Assembly (NCBI GenBank): GCA_973895155.1
Contig: OZ316899.1
Location: forward strand, 5,459,241 to 5,523,240
Length of the DNA: 64,000 bases
From: Marsupella aquatica
Taxonomy: Eukaryota; Plantae; Marchantiophyta
Reading direction: 5' to 3'
In this document: positions 39,101 through 52,205 of the stretch, one piece after another
Position numbering within the stretch: the stretch's first letter is position 1
How the letters are laid out: each line of letters begins with the position of its first letter
The notes under the pieces: model-generated
Seen by the model: only the letters and a program-made list of their open reading frames with translations
The model's database searches: none
What the model was told of the DNA's origin: nothing
Made by a program: the position numbers and the translations under genes

Positions 39101-40357
39101 GATCTTGACGGACACTCCTTAACACGGATGCAAACTTCTGAGGAGATGCCACGACCATTAGGGACTCCCAAATTTCCTTCTCTTCTTCGAGAGAGATTTC
39201 TTCAACAGAGGCCTCAAAAAATGTATTCGTCAGTGTCTCAGTCGCAGAGTTTTTTTCCCTGCTGGGGATGCCATGGGGTTTGCAGTGAATCCCTTCTCTA
39301 GATGAGACCTTGCAACCTTTTCTTCCTCCCTCAAAAAGACCCGTCGACTGGGATGATTGTGAAATCCCATATGAACAGCTAGTCGCGACATGTGGGCCAA
39401 AGACTTAATGTCAACTTTTGCAGATGGATACATGTAGAACATTAGAGCAGGGTAGGCCTCAACGCACATCGGAGGTTTGGAGCAATGGTGACAAACAACT
39501 CCACCTTTGGAGATCAACTCCCCAACTCGGAATGGGCCCGAAAGTTTTGGGGTTCTTGCCCATATCTCATTATTTTGAAACTTGTTGTCTTTCCACCATG
39601 GACAAGCATTATTTTGACACTGCAGCGATCCCGTACATTGGACTTTCCCGAAATCCCACATTTTCTTCGGAAGAACATTTGAAGACATTTTCACAATCCG
39701 AGTCGAATAATAACAATCCTTACCACGATCCATATCTTTCAAACATTCACCTTTTGTGTTCACACAGTCTATCGGGGGTAACTCAAAAACCACATTCCCA
39801 TTGTAAGATGTGGGAAGACTAGGCACTACGTGATGAACAAAATCACTCCCCCTTATAAACCGAGACAATTCACTATGACCTTTGGATTTCAAGATTGTAT
39901 CCATTGCACTTTGCCGGTACGCAGTCAAAGGCACAATCTTTTCTCGATCCGCATTAGACTCCTTTTTAACCTCGGATGGGTAAACTGGAATCTTCTCTCC
40001 AAGAGTAGTTGTCGCTTGCTTATCATCTCCAGAACTTTCCGAAAGTTTGATGACATCGAGTTGAGCCGCTGTGGGAGGATGAGTACAGGAGGCCCCATAA
40101 TCTCTCAAAACAAAAACCTCATATTATTTTTGAGCCTCCAGAGTCCAATATCTATGACCATGAACAACATCGTAGAAAACTGGAGTCTCCCCCAAACAAA
40201 CCGATACTAACGATATCGCTAAAATAGACTCCTTGGCGACATCAAATCTCACTCCCAAATATTCCTCTAAAACATGCTTTGATTCAGATGATTCGAGGAT
40301 GGGAATTGTGATTACATCCCGAGTGTCCTTCCTCGTGACAACGATATTTTGAGCCAT
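36182..40357 (-). pseudogene. MULE transposase (GCM/WRKY-like Zn domain, DDE core, SWIM finger), intron 38069-38357, interrupted by a MITE
   Basis: KVQCTGSLQCQNNAC...CHHC...GFHNHP; SFDVMH, FMADNAQAGWN, DAFHF, GSESRH; CSCKDF...PCKH. Confidence 0.88.
37228..37580 (+). mobile_element. MULE-family MITE inserted in the MULE-B transposase
   Basis: Ends GGGTATAACCACCGTG / CACGGTGAAAACCCTC; 8-bp TSD AGGCGTAG/AAGCGTAG; removal restores KMPSTPSTGG; contains palindrome at 37378-37392. Confidence 0.9.
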
Positions 40358-41134
40358 GGCTTCAAAAGAGGGATATGCCTTTTCCCCGCGCGAAATGAAA
40401 TATGTTTATCATGAGATTCGAGTATGAGAAGTAAACGTTTCATTCTCACTATAGAGTCGTTATAGATTTGGACGCACTCCATCAATGACGTTTTGTCGTC
40501 TTACCAACGGCAGGATTTGGGTTCATAGTTACTAGCGCCTGGTGCTACCTCTAAGTGTAAAACACTCTTGGGTGAGGACTACGAATGCCAATAATAATAG
40601 CGCCTGACACTCCCTCTGGGTGCAAACATTTTTGGATGAGGAGTACGAAGGCAATTAATAATAGCGCCTGGCGCTACCTATTTCAATGGACTTGAAAACA
40701 TTCAATGGAAGGAAAAGTACGATAACATGATACAGTACGAGTCATTAAGTTGGCACGCTTGAAGATCTCCACTGGATCTTCTCGAATCCGATCCCGGGTC
40801 CAAATGTGTCAGAAAGGAAGCGTCTCCAAAAGTTCTCCCAGAGAGTCCTCTTCGAAGTGGGTACCCGGGACCAAGTGCCAATTCTCCTTATATCTCGTCG
40901 TTCTCATCCGATGTCCTCATTGTTGAGCCATTCTTCACTGAGTCGCAGTTGTGGCTCATCTTTCGGGCGCGTGGTTCTTGTTCTCGCTTTCGGGCCCAGT
41001 GGTTCTATTTTGCTTTCATGCGGGTTCTTGTTCTTGTTGTCGTCCTCGTTTTTCATTCTCGTCCTAGTTTGCGCTCTTGTCCTCATTCGCGTTCTTGTTC
41101 GCGCTTCTTGTTCTTGTCCTCGTCCTCACTTTCA

Positions 41135-41551
41135 ATGGCACCTCCACGAGGGAAGGCAAAGGAGGAGGCACTTGTCCCGAGCGACACCGATCGGGAGACC
41201 CCCGCATCAAATAGCTTACCGCCTCGGCCAAATGCCAAGAGGACGACGGTTCCAATCTCAAAGAAGGGCAAACTCATCTCGAAGATGAAGAATGCCCCAC
41301 CTGCGGGCCGCAGCGAAGGATCCAGTCGGCCAAATCCGAGCGGCCCGACTTCTGTTCCCGCTAGGGATACCTCCCGCCGTCCTAGAGCCAACACTATCTG
41401 CACGGGTGTCTCCGAGCCTTCTTCATCCACTGAGAGTGATCGTTCTTCGAGCGGGGACTCATCACCGAGCAAGCAAGGATTTGCGTGGTATGGATCGAGC
41501 GACTCGAATGACGACTCCGATGCATACAAGCCAAGTTGGTGGGAAGACTGA
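41135..41551 (+). CDS. Low-complexity S/P/R-rich ORF inside MULE-B, unknown function
   Basis: ATG in CpG-rich island (MAPPRGKAKEE...); no counterpart in MULE-C. Confidence 0.3.
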   Translation: MAPPRGKAKEEALVPSDTDRETPASNSLPPRPNAKRTTVPISKKGKLISKMKNAPPAGRSEGSSRPNPSGPTSVPARDTSRRPRANTICTGVSEPSSSTESDRSSSGDSSPSKQGFAWYGSSDSNDDSDAYKPSWWED

Positions 41552-42698
41552 TTTCCCGTTGTCAGAGCGTATCATTTGAGTGCTGGACAGACTTGGAGGA
41601 TCCATCGAGGTTGATAGGATCTGTTTCCACTCATTTTTTCCGATAGAAAACGTATACCGTTCCTTCATCGTATGCCGGATTTCTAGTGTACTGTACCATT
41701 TTGTATGTGAACGGCACAGCCGTTTGTTTTTACCTCGGTGTCAATGCTTTTGAATTCAGAATACCAAGCTTTAATTTCCGGTTCTACTCCTATGCTTGCT
41801 TTGTATTTCTGAATGCGAGCCTGCTCGATTTCTTTGAAATTGTCGTAAACACTCGTTTGCTGTGAATGTTTTTAGTAGCGTTCGGTGCTATTATGAGAAA
41901 CAAAGCGTCCTTAACACTGTTGTGACATGTCTTATCTTTAAATTGTTTTGGATAGTGTTGGGCGCTATTAATTAAAGGAATCAGAATTCAGACCCGTTAG
42001 GAGTTATTTTTTACTTTTATTCCAACAAATTCTGTTCAATTGATGTTTATTTTAATAGCGCCAGGCGCTATTGTAATTCATTGGAATATTCATTGAATGA
42101 ATGGGTTCATGTGGTCATGTTTGTTGTCATTGGACTCCAATTTCATCATTTATTTGAATACTAGCGCCGAGCGCTACTAAACTCGGCTTGCCGACACCTG
42201 CACAAAATTGGAAAATTTATAGACAATAGTATTGATATTACTGCCCGTAGATACATGAAGACGGTTTTCCAGATACATTTGAAGGTATGTTTTATAATAG
42301 CGCCTGGCGCTATCCACAACTACCGACACTGATGTGGTTCCAACGGTCACTTTCCAACGGTAATATTACAGTAGATTGAGGTTCACGAAACCCTTTTTGA
42401 TTTTGTCTGGGATGAAAGTCCAATTGGAGAATGCCATCTATACTTGGGACCGTTGTAATCGAATGGCTGGGTCCATTGTATCGGTGTATTAATACGAGGT
42501 GGAGATCGCTCGTTTGGGATAATTGTCCGTCTAAGCGCTCAGACCTCGGACTGTACGAGTTTGTCAAGTGCGTATGTGCGTCTTTTATTGGTCCCGTACA
42601 TTTTGAGACGTGATCGTGACAAGAACTGCATGGCACGTACGACAGTGCCGGGTGGTTGAGTCACTCTCCACGACAACTTTTGGCTGGGTGATACGGGA

Positions 42699-45600
42699 AT
42701 GGGGGAGGCTGATGGTGGTCATTCTGAGTCCTCTCAGTCTTCATTCGCTGGTTCAGTATACACCCGTCGCGTCACTCGATCGATCGCGTCCCTATCAACT
42801 TCCGAAGCTGAATCTGCACAGCCCTTCCCGAGGTTGAGGAGAGGGAGAATGGACCCTAAGGAGCTCTCCATGGGTGAAGTCAGTGACATAGGCTTATCGA
42901 TGGACGAGGTAATATCAAAGCACGCATTGTCGTTCGGGAAGGATTTTTGAGGATTCGATAAGGAGCCACCTCGAATTCCTCTTTGTAGATTGCTCCCCAT
43001 GGAGGTTGTTTGAACCTTACAGAAAGAAAGTGCATCGATCGAGAAGTTGAAAGAATCATTCTGGGTCACCGGGTACAACTCGCGCATTGGGATGCCTTTC
43101 TATGTTCAGCCTGCGAATGCCGATGGGGTTCCTCAGATATGCACCAGCGAGATCCGGGACTCTTGGGATCCAATCTGGGTCGCAGAGAACGACAAGTTTG
43201 AGGAAGAGTGTGATGCGGACCCAGCGTTCCATATTCTAAAAGATAAAATGCCGTTTGTGTGTTTGACAAAAATCATCGATTGTACTCCTGGTCAATCGTC
43301 ACCAGGGAGAATCCGGACAACTTGAAGTATCATCCTTGTGTGATTTGCGTCATTTTCAATGGTGACAGAGGTTCGCTAGTTGAGCTCAAGGCGGCAATGC
43401 ACACCGTGAACCAGTAAGTTCTATTCGTTAACTATTGTTACCCTTGTCATTCATTTTGGACCAAACAACGAAAGTGTTCATTCCCCAGTTTTTGCTAGCG
43501 CCCGACGCTACTAATTCCTTTTCATTGCATCCAGGCTTGGACAAGCAGTCGTCGAGCCTTCCTGGATTCTTGACGCGGACAGAATTTTCCAAATTCTGTC
43601 GCGTGATCTTGATCACTATAAGCCACTCATCGACAGCGCGAACATGGCAAAGTTTGAGGCGATCCAAAAGAAGACGAGAAAGGGGTCTTGGTTTACACAT
43701 AAAATGCCACAGGATGCTCTCATCTACATTCTGTGTGTGGACAAAATAAAGTCTTACTCAAATCAATTTAAGTCTGATATGGCTTTAGCCAAAGCTCAAG
43801 GGGCTCCTTGGTCAGAAGAGGAGACCACAAAGAGGCATGAGGCAATGATGAAGGAGGCGACCAAAGATTGGTCGATCAAAGTGACGAAGATCACCCCTTT
43901 ACTTCATCCGGATTTTGGAGATTATTTGGGAACCTGTGCTGAGATGTATCTGTAACTGAGAAGAACAAACGGGAGAAGAAGCCAGACATAGTTGTATGCA
44001 CAATGGATCAAGCCAGGTTGTTTACTGCTGTTTCATACCTGGATCCAAAATTGAGGTGCACCCTTCTAGTAGCCCACTGCACTCCCGAGATTTGGAAATA
44101 GTTTTTCCATCCTGCAAGTGTCAACGACGAGCCTGTGAAGCAGTGGTGCCATACATGGCATACTTGGAATTCTGTGGAGGGAATTGCAACTGGAATGCTT
44201 CACACTTCCTTCAAACAGATTTCTGACCGGATGCCGGCTGACCGTCTCACAAAGTCTGGGTGTGAGTCAATGGAGGCCATGCTTAAGATCATTCTCGATG
44301 AATTCATAAACTTTGGGGATCTTGTCAAGGCAAAATTCTTCAACAACTTGTGGCCTTCCAAATATGCGGACAAGGAAGATTACACAGAGCGGAACCGGAA
44401 GAGAGCCAAACGATATCTATACCGGTTTTACATGTGGATGGAGCTTAGATCTCCAGACACACTATGGGCATAGCCGGCTGCATTTCAGAAATGGGTGTCT
44501 ATCGAAGAGGGAGACGCTCTTGCCGACCTCTATTTGATGTACCCAGCGGAGGGAAAGTTTCCACCATGTTCATTGTCGGAGTGGGAGAGACTTCACTGTC
44601 CGTGGTACCTCGACACAGACAAATGGGATTTACCGTTCGACAAAGCTGAGAAGGATGCCTTCATGAAGTTGCAGAAGTCCCAGATCCCCGCCACCTACGT
44701 GTCTGCAATGAAGCAAGGTCTCCAGTCTGATGTTGACGAATCTGCAACTGAGTTACAAAAGAATTGTGAGTCTCTTGTCATGCACGTTGACCGAAGCCGT
44801 AAGCCAAGAGCAAAGGCGAAGAATGAGTCAGCTGCACCAAGTGACTCCACAAGGTCCTTCAAGAAAAGTGAGTAGTCTAAGCACTTTTTGGTTACTTGTT
44901 GGCGCTGCTTATGCAGGAGTTTCATTTGGAAATTCCTTTAATTAATAGCGCCTGGCGCTAGTCTGAAAGGTTGGACTCATGCAAGTTTCTGTGCCTAACA
45001 GGAGGTCGAAAGTCCAACACGAAGGTCTCGGCTGCCGAAGGGAAGAATGATGCAACTCCTCAGGCATCGGAGGCAAACACTGGAGCTCAAGAACCCCGGA
45101 TCAAGGGACCCCGGATGGTGCTGGCAAATCCATTGTCCCTGTTGACGCAACTAGCACGTAGAAAAAGAAAAAGAGAGGCACCGGTGAAGACAGAGGAGCA
45201 TCATCTACTCGAGACGTTATTTTATGTGGACTCCAGAGAGATGTCGGGAATTTTAAGCGAAGGTGTTCTAGACACTGTTTTGTGGAGTCCAATTTAAACG
45301 AATTTTACGATTCGGTATTTAACAAGGGGATGAAGCCCATGTGGGTTACTAAAGTTGAGGCCTGGGGAAAGGAATTGGTAAAGTCAGGAGACAGAGAGAA
45401 GGGAGTAATGCGTGGCGGAAAAGAGAGGGGCTTTGGTGTGGATGCTGGTTTCATCTACATTCCCACTGGATTAAAACCAACACTTCTTGATCGGAAGGTG
45501 CCCAAGTGGAACCTTCAGGATTACATATTCCCAGCTCTTTCTTCCGAGCCATGGAACCGTTCTTGGCAGACGATGGCCTACTTGCAATTTTACACAGAGG

Positions 45601-46901
45601 AGACTATGATCAGGTATCTGAAGTGATTGCGGCTTGCCAGGATTCAAAGTGTTTCCAGTGTATTTCAACCCACCATGTGGTCATGACTACACCAATGTAT
45701 AGGCCCCGATCTGATACTCAGGTAACAATTCCTCTTGCACATACTAGCGCCCGACGCTACTATCAACATTTGCTATATCTACAATTCACTTATCTTTCGT
45801 AAGGATGAAGGGTTGACTAGCGCCAAGCGCTAATATCTGTGTCTGTTTTCTTATACTGCCTTCATTGGGAAACTGTGTTGCAGATATTCACACTTACTCT
45901 TAATATATTTTGCCGCATTTCGACAAAGGGAAGGGTCCCGAAAGACCCCAAGTTCCGGCCACTATCGAATGCAGAAGACCCTTCCGTCACTAACATTATT
46001 GGGTTTTCGTTGCCGCGACATGACCCGACTCCTGAGCTCCAATTTGCAGGAAATTCACACTTGCCTGTGGGTTTCATGCAAACTATTTTGGAATTGGTGA
46101 CTCTTCCCGGAGATATTGTTATGGACTGGACAGTAGGTTCCGGTAGTACGTTTGTGGCTGGAGATTATTCTGGTCGCTTTGTTGTTGGGCTGGAAAATCG
46201 GCCAGAGTTTGTTGATACTTCCGGTAAGGTCTTCCTCGATCTTTTACAGAACAAAGAAGTGGTTGCACCAACTCCTCCTAAGAAGATTCCTGGAAGTAAG
46301 AAGCAGGACAGGCTCCGTGCTGTTCCAAATTTTGATTCAAAAGACGAGGATGAGGGTGGCAATGCTTCTCAGCAATCTAAAGATGATGAGGTGTCGAAGA
46401 ATGTGGTGGACCTTGGATCTGGAGATGAGGACAGTGAAGAGTCAGAAGAGTAATTTTCTTTAGCTTTCTTTCTCTCATTGTATACTTTTTTCCAAAGAAC
46501 TCCTATACTCCCTTTTGTCTAGAAAATTCGCCTGATTTCCCGACTTCAACTAAAGAACTCTAGTTCAAATTCTCAGGTCATAGTGGAATCTTTGGAGGCG
46601 TTTTCAACGTCGAAGGAACGTCTCTAGGAACGTTGTACAGACCCCGAAGAAGCCATTTGTTCTCCCCTCTTATGCTGAAAAGGCGGCACGACGGGCAGAT
46701 TCAGTCAGGACGCTTACTTGGGAGAGTAAGGGTCTTAGACTCGGGAGAGGCTCAGATAGAAAGTTTGTGCAGAATCACTTCGTAGATGATATTGCAAAAT
46801 CCAAGTATGTGGACGACGAAGCAGAGTCCACTGATAGATCAGAAAGTAGCGGTTATGAATCGGTCTCAGAGTCGAGTGGTGGTTGTGGATCTGGTCTTTA
46901 G
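42699..46901 (+). pseudogene. ParB/Srx-like + beta-class DNA amino-methyltransferase-fold protein (MULE-B cargo), 5 predicted exons
   Basis: Colinear with MULE-C gene; introns 43414-43534, 44868-45001, 45722-45883, 46450-46576; FDKNHRLYSW (decayed DGNHR); PGDIVMDWTVGSGST...GRFVVGLE; several stops/frameshifts. Confidence 0.82.
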
Positions 46902-47192
46902 TTTTCCTTGTTTTATTTACCCATTCTTGGAGAACGACGACACTAAATAAGAACGCAATTACGTGTCGTATTAGAGTAGCGCTCGACGCTATTACTGTAG
47001 CCGGTAGTTCAAAGAGGTTTTTATTCGGATGTTTTCCTTATAGCACTCGGCGCTAGTATAAATGTACTCAATGGCCGCTTCAGGTCCAATATATGTGACA
47101 ATATTTTCTTATCCTTCGGTGTCTTTTTTTGGGTGCACATTTGCTGGTATGAGTTTTGCTGTTTGCTATTTGCTGTCACGGAGAGATCCCCC

Positions 47193-47830
47193 CTACCAAG
47201 GCTGGCAAGCAAGGTGTGTTGTCAAATGCTCGCTTCAACACCTCACCTGGTAACAAATTAGTCCACCACAAATGTGGACAATGTGCACAAGAACCCACGC
47301 GTGCAGCATCCAATAACACAACAGGTCCAATCCAAGACCTTACTAGATGAACAGTGGCAACAATCCGTTGACGATGATCACCCAAGAGTGGCACATTCTC
47401 CAAAATGTAAGTTGGAGATTGTGTCTGATGTAGCTGGAGATGATGCAACACCCGTAACATCTCCCAAAATAATGCAGATCGTGGATCATGAAGTCCATAT
47501 CCAACTCCAGCTCTAGATTAGCCCTGACATGGCCAACCAGCAATCACCAAATCAATAGGGCCAATGCAATCCAAATGATCTACCCCCAACAATAAAATAT
47601 TAGTAGGCAGTGCATGTTGATAGCCATGAACAACATCCATTGGCAATAACTGTGGATAATGATCCACCAACATAGCCATATGGTGCAATGAGACTCTCCG
47701 TGCTGTCTCATCTGTCTCCACATACAAGTAACAATGCACTAGAATTTTTGCCTAAAGAATAGCAGCCAGTCCAGTGCTAATCCCACCAAATAAATCCAAC
47801 AAACAAATACCCTCCGGTGGATATTGTCAT
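47193..47830 (-). pseudogene. N-terminal part of gypsy-borne C5 cytosine methyltransferase
   Basis: LLDLFGGISTG (motif I, ~47779-47800), YVETD (II), DLVIAGWPCQG (IV, catalytic PC), YILENV (VI), AHCPHLWWTN (decayed VIII). Confidence 0.9.
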
Positions 47831-48199
47831 GCAATGGGAGTGGTATCCAATGGGGAAAGAGTCACCGGCCCACCTGCAGGAGATTGCTATGCTCCTAGTT
47901 GTGGTGTAAAAGCATGATGCCATGCATCATGTACCAATCATGTTGTTGTTTGTGGCAAGTCCTGGCTAGTACCCCACACTGATGGCACAACACTACCAAT
48001 AGGTAACCCACACATGACATGCTCCTCATGTGACTGTGCTTTAGGTAAACCCTAAACACCTCATGCTCCATTGCTGGGACATCTGTTGCATGTGCGTTAC
48101 CCTCAATCAAATCATCAATATCAATGATCACACCACTGAATGCTGCCAAAGACAATGGCATAGGTTTAGGGCCCCCCATAGGTCCACTAAATTGCACTA

Positions 48200-49712
48200 G
48201 AAATCTACTCAATCTAGCATCTCTAGACTGCCAAGCAGGTCAATAGGAAACTGATTCATCCCAAAAATCAAGAATAAATCCCATGGGGTAAAGCACTGTA
48301 CATCCCACCAACACATCATAGGACTCTGCCTTAGTCAAAATAGCTTGCGTCTGTATATGAGAGCTATCCTTTGCATGACCCTCCTGAATCCGCAAGTCAA
48401 GTGGTCGTCTGGTGATGTGCTGCGTGGGTGTACGTAGGTCCCCCCAATGAAGTCTGAATAGGAAAGGGACACTCCTCCAAATCATTTGGATGAAATCCCA
48501 ATCCTTGTACTGCAGACTTACCCAACATCAAGGGTTGGGCACCAGTATCCAATAACATTATCTCTGCCTGGTATATTGCTCTAGTAGGCCCAACTAATCA
48601 GAAGATACCACTCCGATTATCCAATGACACAACGCTAGGTTTAAACCTAGTCCTCTCAAATGCAGGGCGTGCTGGCAAATACATCAACTTTGCCGCTACT
48701 GCATGCCATGTCTCACTAGTAGTAGTAGGTGGTGTCAACTCTGCTGCTCTAGAACTGCATGCTGCCTCTACATGAGAAGCCAAAATTGGAGTATCCTCAC
48801 ATAATGTGGCTACTAATCTGAACACATCAGTTGGGACCAACCCCCACTGTCAGCATGTCTGTCACTAAAAATAGTGGGGTACGCACTATGGTGGTAGCCG
48901 CTCCCAACAAGGTATTGTCTTGTCATCCCTGTTGCAACATCCTGTGATTCTGCCAACTTACCCACACTAGGGTTTGTCCAAATCAGGTTCATAGAGGCAG
49001 TCTGAACTGTCACTGACAATGTAAAAGACTGAGGAAGCTTTGACTGACAACATGCATCCCCCCTTTGTGGATCTAGCTCCACTACTGCTCCTTGGGGCTC
49101 AAGAGCTTTGGCTGCCTCACGTGTCAAAGCTTCTGATGCATCAATATGCGTAGTGCCACACATGAATCCCATGGTGGCAAGGTCTCCATCAGCCCCATAA
49201 GATGTGGAAACTCCATGAGATGTAGAAGCCCCATCACCAAAAGTAGGTCTCACCTGAGAACTAGCCATAGCAGCTAGTTGTTGCTCCAATTGAGCAATCT
49301 TAGCGTCCTTAGGATCTGTGGTTACAGTAGGAGCAGCATCGCCTCCTTGTCTCCCTGCATACGGCATACCTCGGTCACGACTACCACCTCTACCTCCTCT
49401 TCCCTGATCATGTGCGCTGTCCTCGGGGCTGTCCTCCTCTTTGTAACTCAGGATGGAATGAGAAACACCTATCCGTGGTGTGTCTAGGAGCTCCACAATG
49501 ATCACACTACCGCTGATCAGGTGCTGAGGCCCCTCCTGGCCCTCTATGATCAGGGCAATATTGCTGCGCATGATCCCCACCACAGGTCCAACATCCAAAT
49601 TGCTGTGCTGGTGGATCATTTGGTGAAACCAGAGGTGGTGGGCATGCCCAATGCTCAAGTTTAGGACTGCGACAAAGTTCTGACTGACATATATGCCACC
49701 ACTTGCTCCAAG
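48200..49712 (-). pseudogene. gypsy gag C-terminus and aspartic protease
   Basis: CWTCGGDHAQQYC knuckle, RGG tract, MLLDTGAQPLMLG and YDVLVG protease motifs. Confidence 0.8.
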
Positions 49713-51275
49713 CAAAAAGAGGAGAAAAGAGCCACGGAAAAGAAATCATCGAAGGGACTGAAGCCAAAGGAACGAGCTCCTTTATCGGCTCTTTTAGGCT
49801 TTAGGCTCACCAGAATTGATCATTTATCTATTGTTTTTGCTTTTAACTAAACACCTTCTAGATGGCAGCTAATTAGAAGGTAGTGACCTTTCACTGCGGA
49901 CCGGTTTGTGGTTCGGTGACTTACATGGCCTCCAGACGTTTGACAGTCCTGCCTTAGGTTTGGTCACTCTTATTAGATCACGTACATGCGCCTTGTGCTC
50001 CTTGTCATTGTTCACTGGGACCTTGGCCCTGGTTGCTTGGCCTTTTTGGCTGTTGTTTTGGCTGCTTTGGCCCCCTTCCCGTGGGTTTTTGCGGGTTTTA
50101 CATGAAAAGGACCAAAAAAATTCAAGATAAAATAAATAAATAGAGTGACGTTAATTACCATGTTGTGGGAGACACTCTTTACTACGTCCAAGACATCGTC
50201 CTTAACCATGTACAATAAGATTTATATGGTTTTACAACGTGCCATACTACGTAAACTTAACCCAACGCTAGTGTAAACCTTTGCCAACAAACGTCGTGTA
50301 AGAGTACGTAATGGACAATTAACCACGTCTAGTACTTTGTAATGTGCCATGCACTAAACGTTGTATTATTTTAGCGTCGTCCGTGGCTTGGTAGATTACA
50401 ACCCCTTTTGAGACGTATGGGTAATTTGACGTAGTAGGGGACGATGTATCTTGCTCTTGTGGTACGACATACATTGGCCTACATAGGGCTCAGCAATGTA
50501 CTGGGATGGTTAAAGGTCTTATAAAGGAGGACGTATGTGTGGGTACATACGTCCTATTACACATTGCACTATTTGGGTGGGGTTCGTGTTAGGGTTCAGT
50601 ATACACACATAGAATACACATATAGTTACGCAGGTTATTTTACATATTGTAACCCGGAATGAGGTGCCACCACAATTGGGTGGCCTGAATCAAAATGGCA
50701 AAAATATGTACATAATGCATGGAGGAAGTCCTGCTACTGAAATACCTACAACCTAATGCCACTGAGAATGGGGCCTATCACGTCCTGATCCTCCACCTCG
50801 CCGCCGACGCAATTGATACTGCTGGGCATCAATCCTGCTCTGAGGCACTGCTACTGCTATCTGGTTCCGGTGCAGTCGAGGGTGGAGCCTTGCTTCTAGG
50901 TTTTGGCACTATCTGCTTGGTGCTACGTGGTACCCTAGTGGACCGCCTCTCACCACTACTCCTCCTCTCTCTATCTCCCTCCTCCCTTTGTCTCTCCCTT
51001 CCTTATCCTCTGGCCCTATGAGTCTCTAGTGCAGGGAAAAGGTCATAAGAAGAACCACCCTGCTGTCCGCAAGGTACTAGGTCCTCCTCCTGGGTACCCT
51101 CCTCCAGGGCGACAGTGTCGGGCTCCTCATCCTCAACCATTTTGAGTAACTTTACCTTTCACTAGGTTGGGGTAGTTTGGCTTCTTGAGTAATGTTCATG
51201 TTTCTTGCATTCTGAAATTTTGTTGCTTACATGTGGAACAGATTCTTATTGTATGGTCTCGCCCTAAGGACCGCA

Positions 51276-52053
51276 TGAGAGAGGTTTCAAGGCGAGCACT
51301 CTCAGCATTGGTCCCCCCATCGGCACTAGATGCCACCTTTAGGGCAATAGACTGTGTATTTGATAGGGTGAGGGTGGCACGGGTGCACCCTATTGAGAGG
51401 GGAGTAGTGGTCAGTACTAGACCATGGTTGTTGGAGTCTCGTCCGCCTAGGATGAGGCCACCATGTTGTCCTTTTCTTTATGCATCTAGTGCTCGGGAAC
51501 CAAGAGAGTTACGTGGGAGAGCTTTGGACATCATAAAGGACTCATTCCCTATCCAATTTGGGCTCCCATTGGACCTTCCAATCAGGGAGCCTATCATAGT
51601 CTGGGATCGCCCATGGGTCCTCCTCCCCTCCACATTGGGCCTTGACGTAGGACTAGGATTATTTTCACTTATAGATATGTGGTCCCTGATGGTTGTGCGC
51701 CCGAGGACTTGCCTCAGCTCTTTCCATTCTATGGGCCAAAGTATTCTGCACAGTGATGGCGCATCTTGTCTTGACAATGTCCAACCTTTGGTTGATATGG
51801 CATGTCTATCAAGCTAGACCCTAGGTATGCTCAGATGGATGGTTACCCACCCCGCACTGGAAACTTGGTGGGTTACGTCAATAGCACTGTGGGTTGTCGG
51901 CGTTTAGGCTTTAGGCCAAATGCTGAGTGGCACGAGTACCATAACCAGACCCACCCTTGTTTGCCACAGGCTTGTACTCATTACATCTTGACCCATGCTA
52001 GCCGCACCATTCGAGCAGGGGAAGAGATTTTTGTAGATTATGATTGGCATTGA
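51276..52053 (+). pseudogene. SET-domain protein (frameshifted)
   Basis: PSTLGLDVGLGLFS (N-SET GxG) then DGYPPRTGNLVGYVNS...PNAEW...HASRTIRAGEEIFVDY (RFxNHS/ELxxDY-like). Confidence 0.72.
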
Positions 52054-52205
52054 GGATGTAAATGATATATTCATCATATATGGACCCATTGTTGCATATT
52101 GCATTAGGTCATATTGTATTAAATGTTTGATTATGATGTTGTATTAAATCTTAATTTTAACAATTGTAGGATGGTGCATATATTACCCCTACACCTCACC
52201 CATCC

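Larger units (their letters stand above)
35703..47192. mobile_element. MULE-B: 11.5-kb Mutator-like DNA transposon with ParB-MTase cargo
   Basis: Ends GGGTATAACCACCGTG / CACGGAGAGATCCCCC; perfect TSD CTACCAAGG (35694-35702, 47193-47201) splitting the DNMT; SWIM/MULE transposase. Confidence 0.92.
30293..49712 (-). mobile_element. Ty3/gypsy LTR retrotransposon with DNMT and PHD domains; 5'-truncated; split by MULE-B
   Basis: gag zinc knuckle CWTCGGDHAQQYC (~49560-49600), protease LLDTGA (~48545), DNMT, RT YIDD (34507-34518), RNase H, integrase, PHD, PPT (31952-31962) and putative 3' LTR; outer boundaries approximate. Confidence 0.85.

Noticed and set aside
49881-49896. CACTA/CACTG terminus for the SET-bearing element
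   Set aside because: No matching opposite end or 3-bp TSD found; boundaries left undefined.
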